From contig VRVR01000054.1 of NCBI GenBank assembly GCA_009859145.1, forward strand, positions 144,497 through 208,496: a stretch of 64,000 nucleotides of DNA. Reading direction: 5' to 3'. Position 1 is the first letter of the stretch. Every line of letters starts with the position of its first letter. The notes under the pieces are model-generated. The model had not been told where the DNA came from and searched no databases. It was given only the letters and a program-made list of their open reading frames with translations. The position numbers and the translations under genes are program-made. Below, in pieces: positions 31,043-40,231 of this stretch. This stretch comes from Andalucia godoyi And28. Lineage: Eukaryota; Protista; Jakobida.

Positions 31043-32977
31043 ATGGTCCTTGCGTTCTCACCGCCTCTTGGAGTGGGCCGCTCTCTTGATGAGGAGCTTG
31101 GGTTTTTACACTGCTACTCGCGACATGCGATCCACGGACTGATTCACACTGTATCTGTGTTTGCGCTGCTGCATTTTATGTTTTCTTCCTTCGCGTATGC
31201 TCCGTACATATTCTCGATTGCGGCACTGTTCCTGTACTTTTCTTGGGATAAGTCGTGTTCTGTCGTTATGGCGCTGGCTGCGTATGGGGGACTGCGCTTT
31301 TTTGCTCCGGTTTCAGCATCTACATTGATAATCCTGTTGTTGCTGACTGGAATCAGCGAACTTCATTCGATTGGACGTTTGCTTCCTTTGAGAAATGTGA
31401 AGTTGCTGGTGTTCTCACTTCCGTTCTACGCCATGATGCGGCTTTTGTGGTGGACAGGCCATTCGTGGTTTATGTGGGAGCGGGTCATTGCGTACGACGC
31501 GCTCTGGAGCTGCAAGATCCGTGGGAAAAAGGTCAACAATGTTTGGTGTGTGCAGTATGCTACGTCATCCAACTGGAACGGCCAGCTAACGAACCGTTTT
31601 GATTATACGTTTGTTCCGGAAACTGCGCAAGATGTTGTGAACATTGTGAACTGGGCAAGGAACAACGGCAAAAAGCTGCGGATTCGAGGTCAAGGCCACA
31701 CAACGTCTCCCTTGCTGTTTTCCGATACGGATTCATGCCTAATTGACGTTCGAATCATGAATGCAGTTCGGATGGACGAGACGGCGCCGCCGAGCGCTCC
31801 TCGAGTCGTCGTATCTGCGGGCACCTGTTCTCACGAGATGGATTCGTTGCTGGAGCCGTTGGGCCTTTGCCAGCCTTGCAACACCGTGCTTTCGAACTTT
31901 CGTGTGGTTGGAGTTGTGTGCACTGGCTGCCATGGCGCAGGCTTCGAGTACGACTGCATCTCCGAACGCGTGGAATGGGTCAAGGTTGTCACTTCAGAGG
32001 GAAAGATTGAAACGATTTCTGAGGAATCGCATGGTGCAGATGTGATGGGAGCCATGCGCTGCAACCTTGGCGCTCTCGGAGTCGTTTTGGAACTGGCGCT
32101 TCGCGTGGAGCCGAGCACCACATGGAAGATCACTGATGAGTTGATTCCTGTGGAGAAAATGACTCGAGAGACTCTCAAGGATATTTTCAAACGCCCAGGG
32201 ACCACGGCAGAGCTGCTCTTCTTCCCGGCAGCTCAGGAATTTTGGATCAAGAAGTGCATACAACTCCCTGCAGGGACACCGGTTCATCCGTACTGGAAGG
32301 CGTACCGCACCGTTCAGGATCTGCTGACGGGCACAATGTCAATTCCTCTGCGTTGGGCTTTCAATTTCGTGAGCCATGTTCCGCAGTTCAATTTGTTTCC
32401 ACTGTATGTTCGCCAGCACTGGAAGTCCAACAGACAGTGGCTTGATATGCTCGCAATGACCAGTGTTCCGGTTCCTACGCTGGGCGCCGTGCACTACGGA
32501 AACTGCCTTGATCGGCTGTCCTTTGAGTTGTCCGAGTATCTCTTCAAAGTTGATCCGGATTTTGGAAATCTGCATTCTTTGCTGATGAGCTGCACTGCAG
32601 ATATTCGGACTATGCTTCGAGCAGGGGAAGTGCCGGTCACGTTGGTCATGGAGTTCCGAGTCAATCCTGCGTCTGAACGCACCACGCTGTCGCCGATGTA
32701 CGGGAAAGCAGGCGAGTTCTTTTGCGGTCTTGAGTGGATTTCCTTGAAGGGGACGCCGGGGTACGACGAGTATGTTGCCCGTATGGCCAAGAAGCTGTTT
32801 GATGAGTATGGTGCGCGTCCGCACTGGGCAAAGAAGATGATTCTGCCGAACCACGAGCTGTTTCCTCGCATCAAGAAATCATTTGGACAGCGGATCCATT
32901 CGTTTGAAAACATCCGTAAGCGACTGGATCCTCATGACATGTTCCTCTGTGATTTCCTGGACCGTATCTTGCATTGA
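31043..32977 (+). CDS. FAD-linked aldonolactone oxidase-like protein (GULO/ALO family) fused to an N-terminal Mpo1/DUF962-like membrane domain
   Basis: FAD-binding VPETAQDV...LRIRGQGH, GSH-like GVVCTGCHG, CNLGALGVV, E-x-R (MEFRV) and RPHWAK. The hydrophobic N-terminal ~160 aa has His residues in Mpo1-like positions. First ATG at 31043. Confidence 0.8.
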   Translation: MVLAFSPPLGVGRSLDEELGFLHCYSRHAIHGLIHTVSVFALLHFMFSSFAYAPYIFSIAALFLYFSWDKSCSVVMALAAYGGLRFFAPVSASTLIILLLLTGISELHSIGRLLPLRNVKLLVFSLPFYAMMRLLWWTGHSWFMWERVIAYDALWSCKIRGKKVNNVWCVQYATSSNWNGQLTNRFDYTFVPETAQDVVNIVNWARNNGKKLRIRGQGHTTSPLLFSDTDSCLIDVRIMNAVRMDETAPPSAPRVVVSAGTCSHEMDSLLEPLGLCQPCNTVLSNFRVVGVVCTGCHGAGFEYDCISERVEWVKVVTSEGKIETISEESHGADVMGAMRCNLGALGVVLELALRVEPSTTWKITDELIPVEKMTRETLKDIFKRPGTTAELLFFPAAQEFWIKKCIQLPAGTPVHPYWKAYRTVQDLLTGTMSIPLRWAFNFVSHVPQFNLFPLYVRQHWKSNRQWLDMLAMTSVPVPTLGAVHYGNCLDRLSFELSEYLFKVDPDFGNLHSLLMSCTADIRTMLRAGEVPVTLVMEFRVNPASERTTLSPMYGKAGEFFCGLEWISLKGTPGYDEYVARMAKKLFDEYGARPHWAKKMILPNHELFPRIKKSFGQRIHSFENIRKRLDPHDMFLCDFLDRILH

Positions 32978-33077
32978 CAATGGTTCTCTATTATTGTCCC
33001 ACCCACGATCATACTTTGTCGGGTATTCCGCGCATTCTCCACAAACTAGCCACAAGCCTAATATTTATTTATTTTTA

Positions 33078-33108
<31 letters not shown>

Positions 33109-33663
33109 TTTATTTTATAAACAAATTCCTCCATATAACGTTTCCACTTTATAGACGAAGGATCTCGAACTCTATGTCCATGCGTACTGACACCAATGGA
33201 GTGCATTTGTCGTTATTCCAAAGCCAGTGTTGCTTCACAGCACCTGTTGTACGTACTCTTCCAAAAAACGTCCATTGTTGACCTCAATTCTGAAATTGAC
33301 TGTAAAAAAATAAATTAATAATAATAAATAGTAATAAATCATGAAAAAAGACGAAACTGACGGGGAATGACCGACTGACGGACTGACACCGCCTCATTTT
33401 CACTATTGAGCGGTCCGTGTGCGTGTGTGTCTGTGGTTTTTTCCTCGTAGCCTTTGTGTTGGGGCCGCCTTTTCGGCACTTGCTCGTCTTTCGTTTCATA
33501 AACTCATCCTTTTCCCTTTCCTCCGTCTTTTGTGGTTTATTTTACTTTATTTTTTAAAATCTTTTTCCTACCATCCACTTCCTTTTTCCTTTGTAGTTTT
33601 CGTTTGCGCATTCTCGACCTCCTCTTTTTTGGATCCGCCTTTTCCAGCCCACTTTTCATCAAC

Positions 33664-33790
33664 ATGTCCGAGTACAAGATTGTCGTAGTAGGTTCCGGTG
33701 GTGTCGGCAAGTCCGGTATGTGTTCCTTCTGTTCCTTCTGTTCCTTGTGTTCCTTGTGTTCCTGTCTTTTGTAGCGCAGTATTAACGAGT

Positions 33791-33831
<41 letters not shown>

Positions 33832-34358
33832 GATGGTCACCAGCGCTCACAATCCAGCTGATTCAGAACTACTTTATTGAGGAATACGACCCGACGATTG
33901 AGGACTCGTACCGCAAGCAAGCGACGATTGACAATGAGACTTGTCTGTTGGATATTCTGGATACTGCAGGACAGGAGGAGTATTCTGCTCTTCGCGACCA
34001 GTATATGCGTTCTGGCCAGGGATTCCTGCTCGTGTACTCGATTACCGAGAAGAAGTCGTTTGAGGAAATTGCGACTTTCCGGGAGCAGATTCTGCGAGTC
34101 AAGGACGCCGATGACGTGCCGATGGTTCTGGTGGGAAACAAGGCCGATTTAGAAAACGACCGTCAAGTTGCGACGCAGGCTGGAAAGAACCAGGCCCGCT
34201 TGTACAACTCTCCGTTCTTCGAGACATCTGCAAAGGATCGTATGAACGTTGAGGAAGCCTTCTACGAGCTCGTCAGACAGATCAGAGCCGATCGCGCACG
34301 GAAAGAAGGCACTGCAAAGCCCCAGAAGAAGAAGAAAGGTGGCTGCGAACTCCTCTAA
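33664..34358 (+). CDS. RAS: Ras GTPase (exons 33664-33715 and 33844-34358)
   Basis: Spliced product [43 protein letters not shown]...DTAGQEEY...NKAD...ETSAK, with a polybasic KKKKK and CAAX-type CELL. Confidence 0.97.
33716..33843 (+). other. Spliceosomal GT-AG intron (128 bp, phase 1) in Ras
   Basis: GTATGT donor and CAG acceptor. Removal restores the exact GKS-A-LTIQL sequence. Confidence 0.95.
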
Positions 34359-34706
34359 ATCGTCCCATTCTCCCTCTCCCTTCTTTCTCCCGTGATTGTC
34401 ACCGTGTCTGTTTTGTCTGTTTTGTCCGCCCCCTTGCCCCTTGCCCCTTGCCCCTTGCCCCTTTGTCCTTGCTTCTTGCTATTCCATTCATCTGCTTTTC
34501 CCGATCCTTCGCCTTCCGCCTTGTTTCAGGAGGGAGAGGGTAGTACACAATCTCTGTTTAGTTCTGCTATCATGTTCCGACAAGTAAATATCGTCTGTCT
34601 TCTATGTATGTTGTGTTTCTTTAACTATAAATTCTGGAAACCATCGAAGAGTGTGCTTGGATGCAGCAACACGTAGTGGAAAGCTCGTCGGGGGCTCCGT
34701 CATGCC

Positions 34707-34943
34707 TTACGTCGCAGGGGTGCGGCCACACAGACCGCATGTCACCCAGTTCAAGCATGCTGCGATGTAGTGAGCCTAATTTTCAGAAGAGAACAGGTTA
34801 GACGCAAGAAAGGGGGGAAAAATGAAGCAAATGCGCTTGTCTGAGCGTGAAATAAACAGCAAACATACCAAGAGCGAGAATGTCGAAGCAATAAAGTTTC
34901 CGACAATAACAAACGGTCGAACCAACCACGATGCCAGACCCAT
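34707..34943 (-). CDS. Small 47-aa protein (exons 34943-34869 and 34775-34707), not in ORF track
   Basis: ATG at 34943, GTATGT donor at 34868, CTAAC branch point ~21 nt before a TAG acceptor at 34776, TAA stop at 34707-34709. Product MGLASWLVRPFVIVGNFIASTFSLLAHYIAACLNWVTCGLCGRTPAT. Confidence 0.75.
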
Positions 34944-35556
34944 AATGATGCTTTGTTCTTTTTTCTTTCTTTCTTCTGCGGTTTGATAACAAGTTCGAGG
35001 GATGTGAAGCCTTGGAAATGGATGGCAAAACAAAAAACAAAAAAAAAAAAAAAGGTTCCGCATGCTCGAAGATCGTGTTCGAATCAGCACCACCTGTGGC
35101 AACAACAACAACAAAAACGTTTTATCCTCGAAGTTCTACTGGAGCACAGTGGCGCAGTGGAACCTTCCACATACCATAAAACACATTATAACAATATTGA
35201 TAACAGTACATAGCAACAGCAAAAACAAAAACAACAATATAACAATAACACCAAAGAGGATCAGCAAGACAGTGACGTGACCCTCCCGTTTTCGCTCGAA
35301 CCGCAACTAGAAAATTTCTTTTCCAAGAGTACGTTATCAATGGAGATACACAAGCAGTTGCATCCCCATGCAAGGAGAGAGGAAAGAAGGAGAGAGGGGG
35401 ATATTCAAAAATCCGCTGCACAGCGAGAGCAACCCCGCGCTCTCTTTCCTTCCTGATCCACGGCAATGAAGCATTGGTTAGAAAATAAAAAGGGAAAAGG
35501 CCGAGCGGGGAGGATAAAAAACAAGGCAAAAATGGTGATGCTTTGCATTTGAATCA

Positions 35557-36564
35557 TCATGTCTCGGCATCGCGGAGAGGACAGAGTTGATCCGGAGGGG
35601 ATTCCAACAAGGGAATTCCAAACTCGTCTGCGCACACACCGTTGGAGATCTCGACTCTGCGGACCGTGTTTTCCAGTTTTCGGATGCCAACGTTTGCAGA
35701 GTTTCTGTCATAGCGCTGCTTTCTGCCCAAGCAGTAGCTGATCTTATCGACGTACATCATTTTCAGTTTTTCCGAGTACCCGAATACAACAGCGTTCAGC
35801 AGTGGCGTGCTTGGCTCAAAGATGGCCTGCATATAGAACAGCCAATCCTGCTGCAAGGACGGGTTGACATACCCCAGAATTCGGTTCACGAGTCCCCATA
35901 CCCAGCAGAACCCAAACACGACAATGAATGCCAGCAACCGCCGCTGCACCTTGTGTCTCGCTTCCAGGTTACCTCTCGTCGACGATTGCGGAAGCACTTT
36001 GATTTCGATCGTCATCCGCCGAATCACGAGAAATGACGCCACAACATTGAACATGAACACAAAGAACAGGATGCCGTAGCCAAAGTAGATGCGAGCTGGA
36101 TTCTGGTCGCCCTTGATCCAGCAGTGATGCGGTCCTGCAGGACCGAATTCATTGTGTTCATACAAATATGCAGTCATGAAGCTCGGAAAGCCCCACGCAA
36201 TAACATGATACACAGACTCCCACCAAAACACTCGCAGCGAGCTTCCGGGTCGAAGATTCGAGAATGCAACTCGAATGAGATGAACGGCCAGAAACAGCAT
36301 CCAAAACAGCCCTGCGAATCCAAACATCTGGATCAAGCTTGCCTGTGTCGTGCACAGATGGTCATCTTCCACCACAAACGGCGACAAGAACCATGCACAC
36401 GAATCGAAAAAATCCGCAATCGACAGCCAAAGCACCAGCCGTTGACGATGATGCGAGAGCGTTCGGAACATGCAAAACGACACAATCACAAATAACGCAC
36501 CGAGGATGCCAAAGCTCGCAGACACGGCAACCACGATTGATATTGTTGTCGGCGACGGCGTCAT
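35557..36564 (-). CDS. Seven-transmembrane GPCR, cAMP-receptor-like (Dictyostelium CAR/plant GCR1 type)
   Basis: Seven hydrophobic segments: RLVLWLSIAD, LCTTQASLIQMF, YHVIAWGFP, CWIK, FCWVWGLVNRI, NAVVFG. First ATG at 36564. Confidence 0.88.
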   Translation of the reverse strand: MTPSPTTISIVVAVSASFGILGALFVIVSFCMFRTLSHHRQRLVLWLSIADFFDSCAWFLSPFVVEDDHLCTTQASLIQMFGFAGLFWMLFLAVHLIRVAFSNLRPGSSLRVFWWESVYHVIAWGFPSFMTAYLYEHNEFGPAGPHHCWIKGDQNPARIYFGYGILFFVFMFNVVASFLVIRRMTIEIKVLPQSSTRGNLEARHKVQRRLLAFIVVFGFCWVWGLVNRILGYVNPSLQQDWLFYMQAIFEPSTPLLNAVVFGYSEKLKMMYVDKISYCLGRKQRYDRNSANVGIRKLENTVRRVEISNGVCADEFGIPLLESPPDQLCPLRDAET

Positions 36565-37458
36565 CGCGATCCACTGCACAGAAGCCCCTCCTTTCTAAAT
36601 ATTTTAATTAAATAATAAAGATGTTTAAAAAAAATAAAACAACAACAATAATAATAATAATAATAATAATAAGAAGAAGAAGAAGAAGAAGAAGAATAAT
36701 AAGAAGAAGAATGAAAAACCAACCCGACAACAAAACGAAAACCCCTCACTTGTCGAGAGTTGGTACTTTCTTCTTTGTGTCGTTCTTCCAACGTGATCGG
36801 AGGACGACGATCGAGCCTTCTTAGCTTTTGTTGGGGGTCTTTGCTGAATCGCCAAAAAGACAAGCGGAGAGCCGCAGCATCCATTTTCGTTTTCTCATGG
36901 GTTTCCTTTGGAGAGAGAGATCTTTTATTTTCCCGCACTGTCGACGGCTGTCGAACGACTCGAGGTCCCTGATGAAAAGGTGCGGAGTGCTTTTCGGAAC
37001 CGTTGAATCATAGCACGTCATTGTCATGCATACGGGGGGAGTATACACAAACAGACACGGTCGATACTGGCCGACACCAGCTCGTTTGTTTCACAGGAAT
37101 TCGTGATACACGGCCTCCTACGTCCCGCATAAGTGAACGTTGGAGGAAACAGAAGGTGGTCGGTTTGAGTCTGTTAGGAAGATCCCTTTTTGGAGCCATG
37201 AGATGTTTTGTCTTTGTCTCTGATGAAAGGTGCTGCTTGAGGGTTCAATTGTAAAACACCAAACAAACAGAATAAAATAATAGAAAGAATAAAATGTGAA
37301 GAATGAAAAGAAAATTCCTAGGCTTAACTACGGTAAGAAAAAAATCGTATTGTTTGATGTTTCAGCATTGATCCACAAAGCTGACAGCCATGCAGTACGT
37401 GGAGAATGTGTTGTTTTGTTTGCGGAAGGTTTTTTTAAAGGTACGATAGAAGGGGGTG

Positions 37459-38307
37459 ATGTGCATTGTGATACTGAAAAAGGCGAGCGATAAAGAGTGC
37501 AGCAACGGCAGTCCAGTGTACATACTTCTTAACAACCGCGATGAACGAGGGAGTCGCGCATCGGAATTCCCGCGGTTGCATGCGAATGACGACGGGCACG
37601 TGTTTTTCGCAGGTCGTGATTTAGAGAAAGGCGGGACATGGTTCGGCGTCGACGATCTCGGCCGCTTTGCAATCCTTACAAATGTCCCAAATCTGGAGTT
37701 GCTTGCACAACCCGCAGTGCAGGGTGACCTGAACTCCAGTGCTCCCGTCAATGTTCCGTCGCGAGGACAGATTGTTTGGAGCTTTCTTGCAAACCAGTCC
37801 ATGTCCCTCAACGAGTATGCCAACGTCATTCAAGGGAGCTGGGCGGTTTATCCTGGATTTTGCTTGCTGTATGGAGATCTGGACCACGCGCTCTTCCTCT
37901 CGCACGCGTCCTCTGGTGACTCATTACCGGGCGCAGTTGCCGATGGCATTCACTGCTTTTCAAACTCTCCCCAGATGGACGACTACTCATGGAAAAAGAT
38001 CAGAACAGGCTCGGATTTGCTGCGGGATGCGCTGAAATCACTACCTGCTCTAGATTCTGCACACGAAATTCCGGCGACCGTCGCGAATGTGCTTTTCGAA
38101 GTCTTGCAGTCAAAATCGCCTCCGCCGTCGACGCCGTTTCTGGACGATGTCTTCGTGCATATGGAGGGGTATTGTACCAGATGTTCGATCATTACTTTTG
38201 TTTGGAAAGACAGGGTGCGGTGTTTGTGGAGAGAGTACTCTATGGACGGCCTTCGGATCGTGAATCACGGTACGGAGTCGTTTGCGATTGAGAAAAGACA
38301 GCATTAG
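37459..38307 (+). CDS. TANGO2: TANGO2/NRDE family protein
   Basis: MCIV (Cys2), NNRDE, AGRDLEKGGTWFGV, LTN, SRG.IV, YCTRCS. Confidence 0.92.
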   Translation: MCIVILKKASDKECSNGSPVYILLNNRDERGSRASEFPRLHANDDGHVFFAGRDLEKGGTWFGVDDLGRFAILTNVPNLELLAQPAVQGDLNSSAPVNVPSRGQIVWSFLANQSMSLNEYANVIQGSWAVYPGFCLLYGDLDHALFLSHASSGDSLPGAVADGIHCFSNSPQMDDYSWKKIRTGSDLLRDALKSLPALDSAHEIPATVANVLFEVLQSKSPPPSTPFLDDVFVHMEGYCTRCSIITFVWKDRVRCLWREYSMDGLRIVNHGTESFAIEKRQH

Positions 38308-38710
38308 CACCGCAGCCTGCAGTGCTGGGATGATCAAAACCGTCTTCTCCTCGTTGTTCAGCTGTATGCAGAGGCTTTGTATTCGGGTGTTTAATTATCT
38401 GTGGCAAAAATCCCCCAAGGAACGGCTGTGCGGAAATCGGGACGGTCTGTGGATGATCCATGCTTATTTGTTGGCACCTTTCTTGATTGTCCGCACTCTC
38501 GTGCACGCTGTACACAGACATTTGGCGGCAACAAGAATGCAGGCTTGCAAGTTGGCAGCATCGTTTTTTCCACCTTCTTCTTCTTCTTCTTCTTCTTCTT
38601 CTTTTAAATGTTATACGCGTCTAAAAATTCAAACAGACAGCCAAGCGCCTTAATTCGTCCGAAGCAGCGGCTTTATGGCGCACACAAGAAGAAGGGATGT
38701 ACTTTGCAGT

Positions 38711-40039
38711 CTAGCGGAAGCATACCACCAGTTTCAATGGGTAGGAACCCGTGTCCATGTCTCCGAAAGCCTCAATGAAAGCACAGAGCTGGTCGTGGAA
38801 GTACTGAATCGCGACGACTGGCACAGCAGGCAAGGACGCAACGACGCCGAAAAGCCAGATCCATCGCTCAATCGAACCTCGGGAATAGATTTCCCAGCAA
38901 GCATCCCACGGGAACTCGGTGCGGATGTGAGGAAACTTGGGCTCCAGCTCCTGCACCAAGGTGTTCCAGTACACTTCGATCCAACTGCGTGCATGCGCGA
39001 CAAACAGTTGCGGCTTCACATCCGAAATGAGAATCTGCCCCAGATCTGCACAAGGTTCCCAGGGACCAACCTCCGACCAATCGAACCACTTGACCGTTGC
39101 AATCGACTCTCGGGTGATTTCGGGAATTGTGTCACTTGGATTGTCATGATTCGCCGGTCTTCTCAGTATCACAAACATGTTTGAGCTGTGGAAGTCACCG
39201 TGGCACATCGTAAACGGGACATGCTTGTCATGCAGATGGGCTTGTAATGCTTGCCAGTTCGTAGCCGCAAACGATCGATCCACGAGAGCCACGAACCGAT
39301 CATTCATTCGAAAGTGCCCAGCAGACAAGTCGGTGGCCTCGTCCTGGGAAGGTCCGTGGAGGCGAGATTTCGCAGCCTCCCAGCAGCCGAGAGCCATCTG
39401 AGCTGCCTTTTCCCACGACTCTTGCTCCAGTCCGCGGTACCACGTGGCTGCCTTCATCCAGTCATTCTGCAGCAAAGCAGGATCGTTCCAGTGCAGCGCA
39501 TGCACTTTGGCCACCGTCTCGTAAATGACGCGGATCAAGGAGTCCTGCTCTTCGACAGAAAACTTGCGAACCGGGGATCCCCAAATCTGGTTGCCGAACA
39601 CAAAGTTCACCGGAACAGTCTGCAAAGATGATTCTGCAGACGGCATCATGACGTTTTCCATCAGAACCGTGTATTCTTCTTTCTGATCCGAGTAGTGAGC
39701 ATACAGGACATCGGGAAGCACATCGGGAGCTGACGTCTTGCCCAGAATGGACTCCGCCAGTGTGTAAAACTGCGCTTCTCGCCATCGACGAGATGCCGCA
39801 ACCGCTTTGCGATCCGCGTCGGAAGTGCCGCCCATCTTCAGAATGAGCTGCAGCGTCCGTAAAGGAGTCAGCGTCACAATGATGCGTCGCATACTTCCAA
39901 TGAAGCCCCGGTTGGCATCTAGAGGAGCAACCTCGACATTCGAAACGGACTCATCGTTCGCCAGTCGCTCCTTTTCCCGCAGCAAGGACTCGATCCACTG
40001 CACAGTGACTTCCGGATTGCCAGGGCATGGTGCGTTCAT
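38711..40039 (-). CDS. Ecdysteroid-kinase-like / APH-family phosphotransferase
   Basis: 442 aa with LILKM, REAQFY, catalytic CHGDFHSSN and FDW...DL motifs. Confidence 0.75.
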   Translation of the reverse strand: MNAPCPGNPEVTVQWIESLLREKERLANDESVSNVEVAPLDANRGFIGSMRRIIVTLTPLRTLQLILKMGGTSDADRKAVAASRRWREAQFYTLAESILGKTSAPDVLPDVLYAHYSDQKEEYTVLMENVMMPSAESSLQTVPVNFVFGNQIWGSPVRKFSVEEQDSLIRVIYETVAKVHALHWNDPALLQNDWMKAATWYRGLEQESWEKAAQMALGCWEAAKSRLHGPSQDEATDLSAGHFRMNDRFVALVDRSFAATNWQALQAHLHDKHVPFTMCHGDFHSSNMFVILRRPANHDNPSDTIPEITRESIATVKWFDWSEVGPWEPCADLGQILISDVKPQLFVAHARSWIEVYWNTLVQELEPKFPHIRTEFPWDACWEIYSRGSIERWIWLFGVVASLPAVPVVAIQYFHDQLCAFIEAFGDMDTGSYPLKLVVCFR

Positions 40040-40115
40040 GTCTACTACCTCCTAAGCTTTGTCGAATAATGTTCAACTAAATACAAAAAAAAACGAAAAC
40101 AAAACAAAAACAAGA

Positions 40116-40157
40116 GAGACTGAGACTGAGACTGAGACTGAGACTGAGACTGAGACT

Positions 40158-40226
<69 letters not shown>
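40116..40226. repeat. (GAGACT)n followed by (AG)n microsatellite
   Basis: Visible arrays upstream of the kinase ATG. Confidence 0.92.

Positions 40227-40231
<5 letters not shown>

Noticed and set aside
33150-33400. Possible small spliced minus-strand gene between the oxidase and Ras
   Set aside because: A strong acceptor-like TTTTTTTACAG exists, but donor choice is ambiguous and the products are only ~20-25 aa with no features.
35076-35090. GTTCGAATC, tRNA T-loop/B-box-like
   Set aside because: The flanks do not form a T-stem and no cloverleaf can be drawn.
36960-37010. CTGATGA followed by a weak hairpin (hammerhead core or snoRNA C box)
   Set aside because: No GAAA after stem II, no stems I/III, and no D box at a suitable distance.
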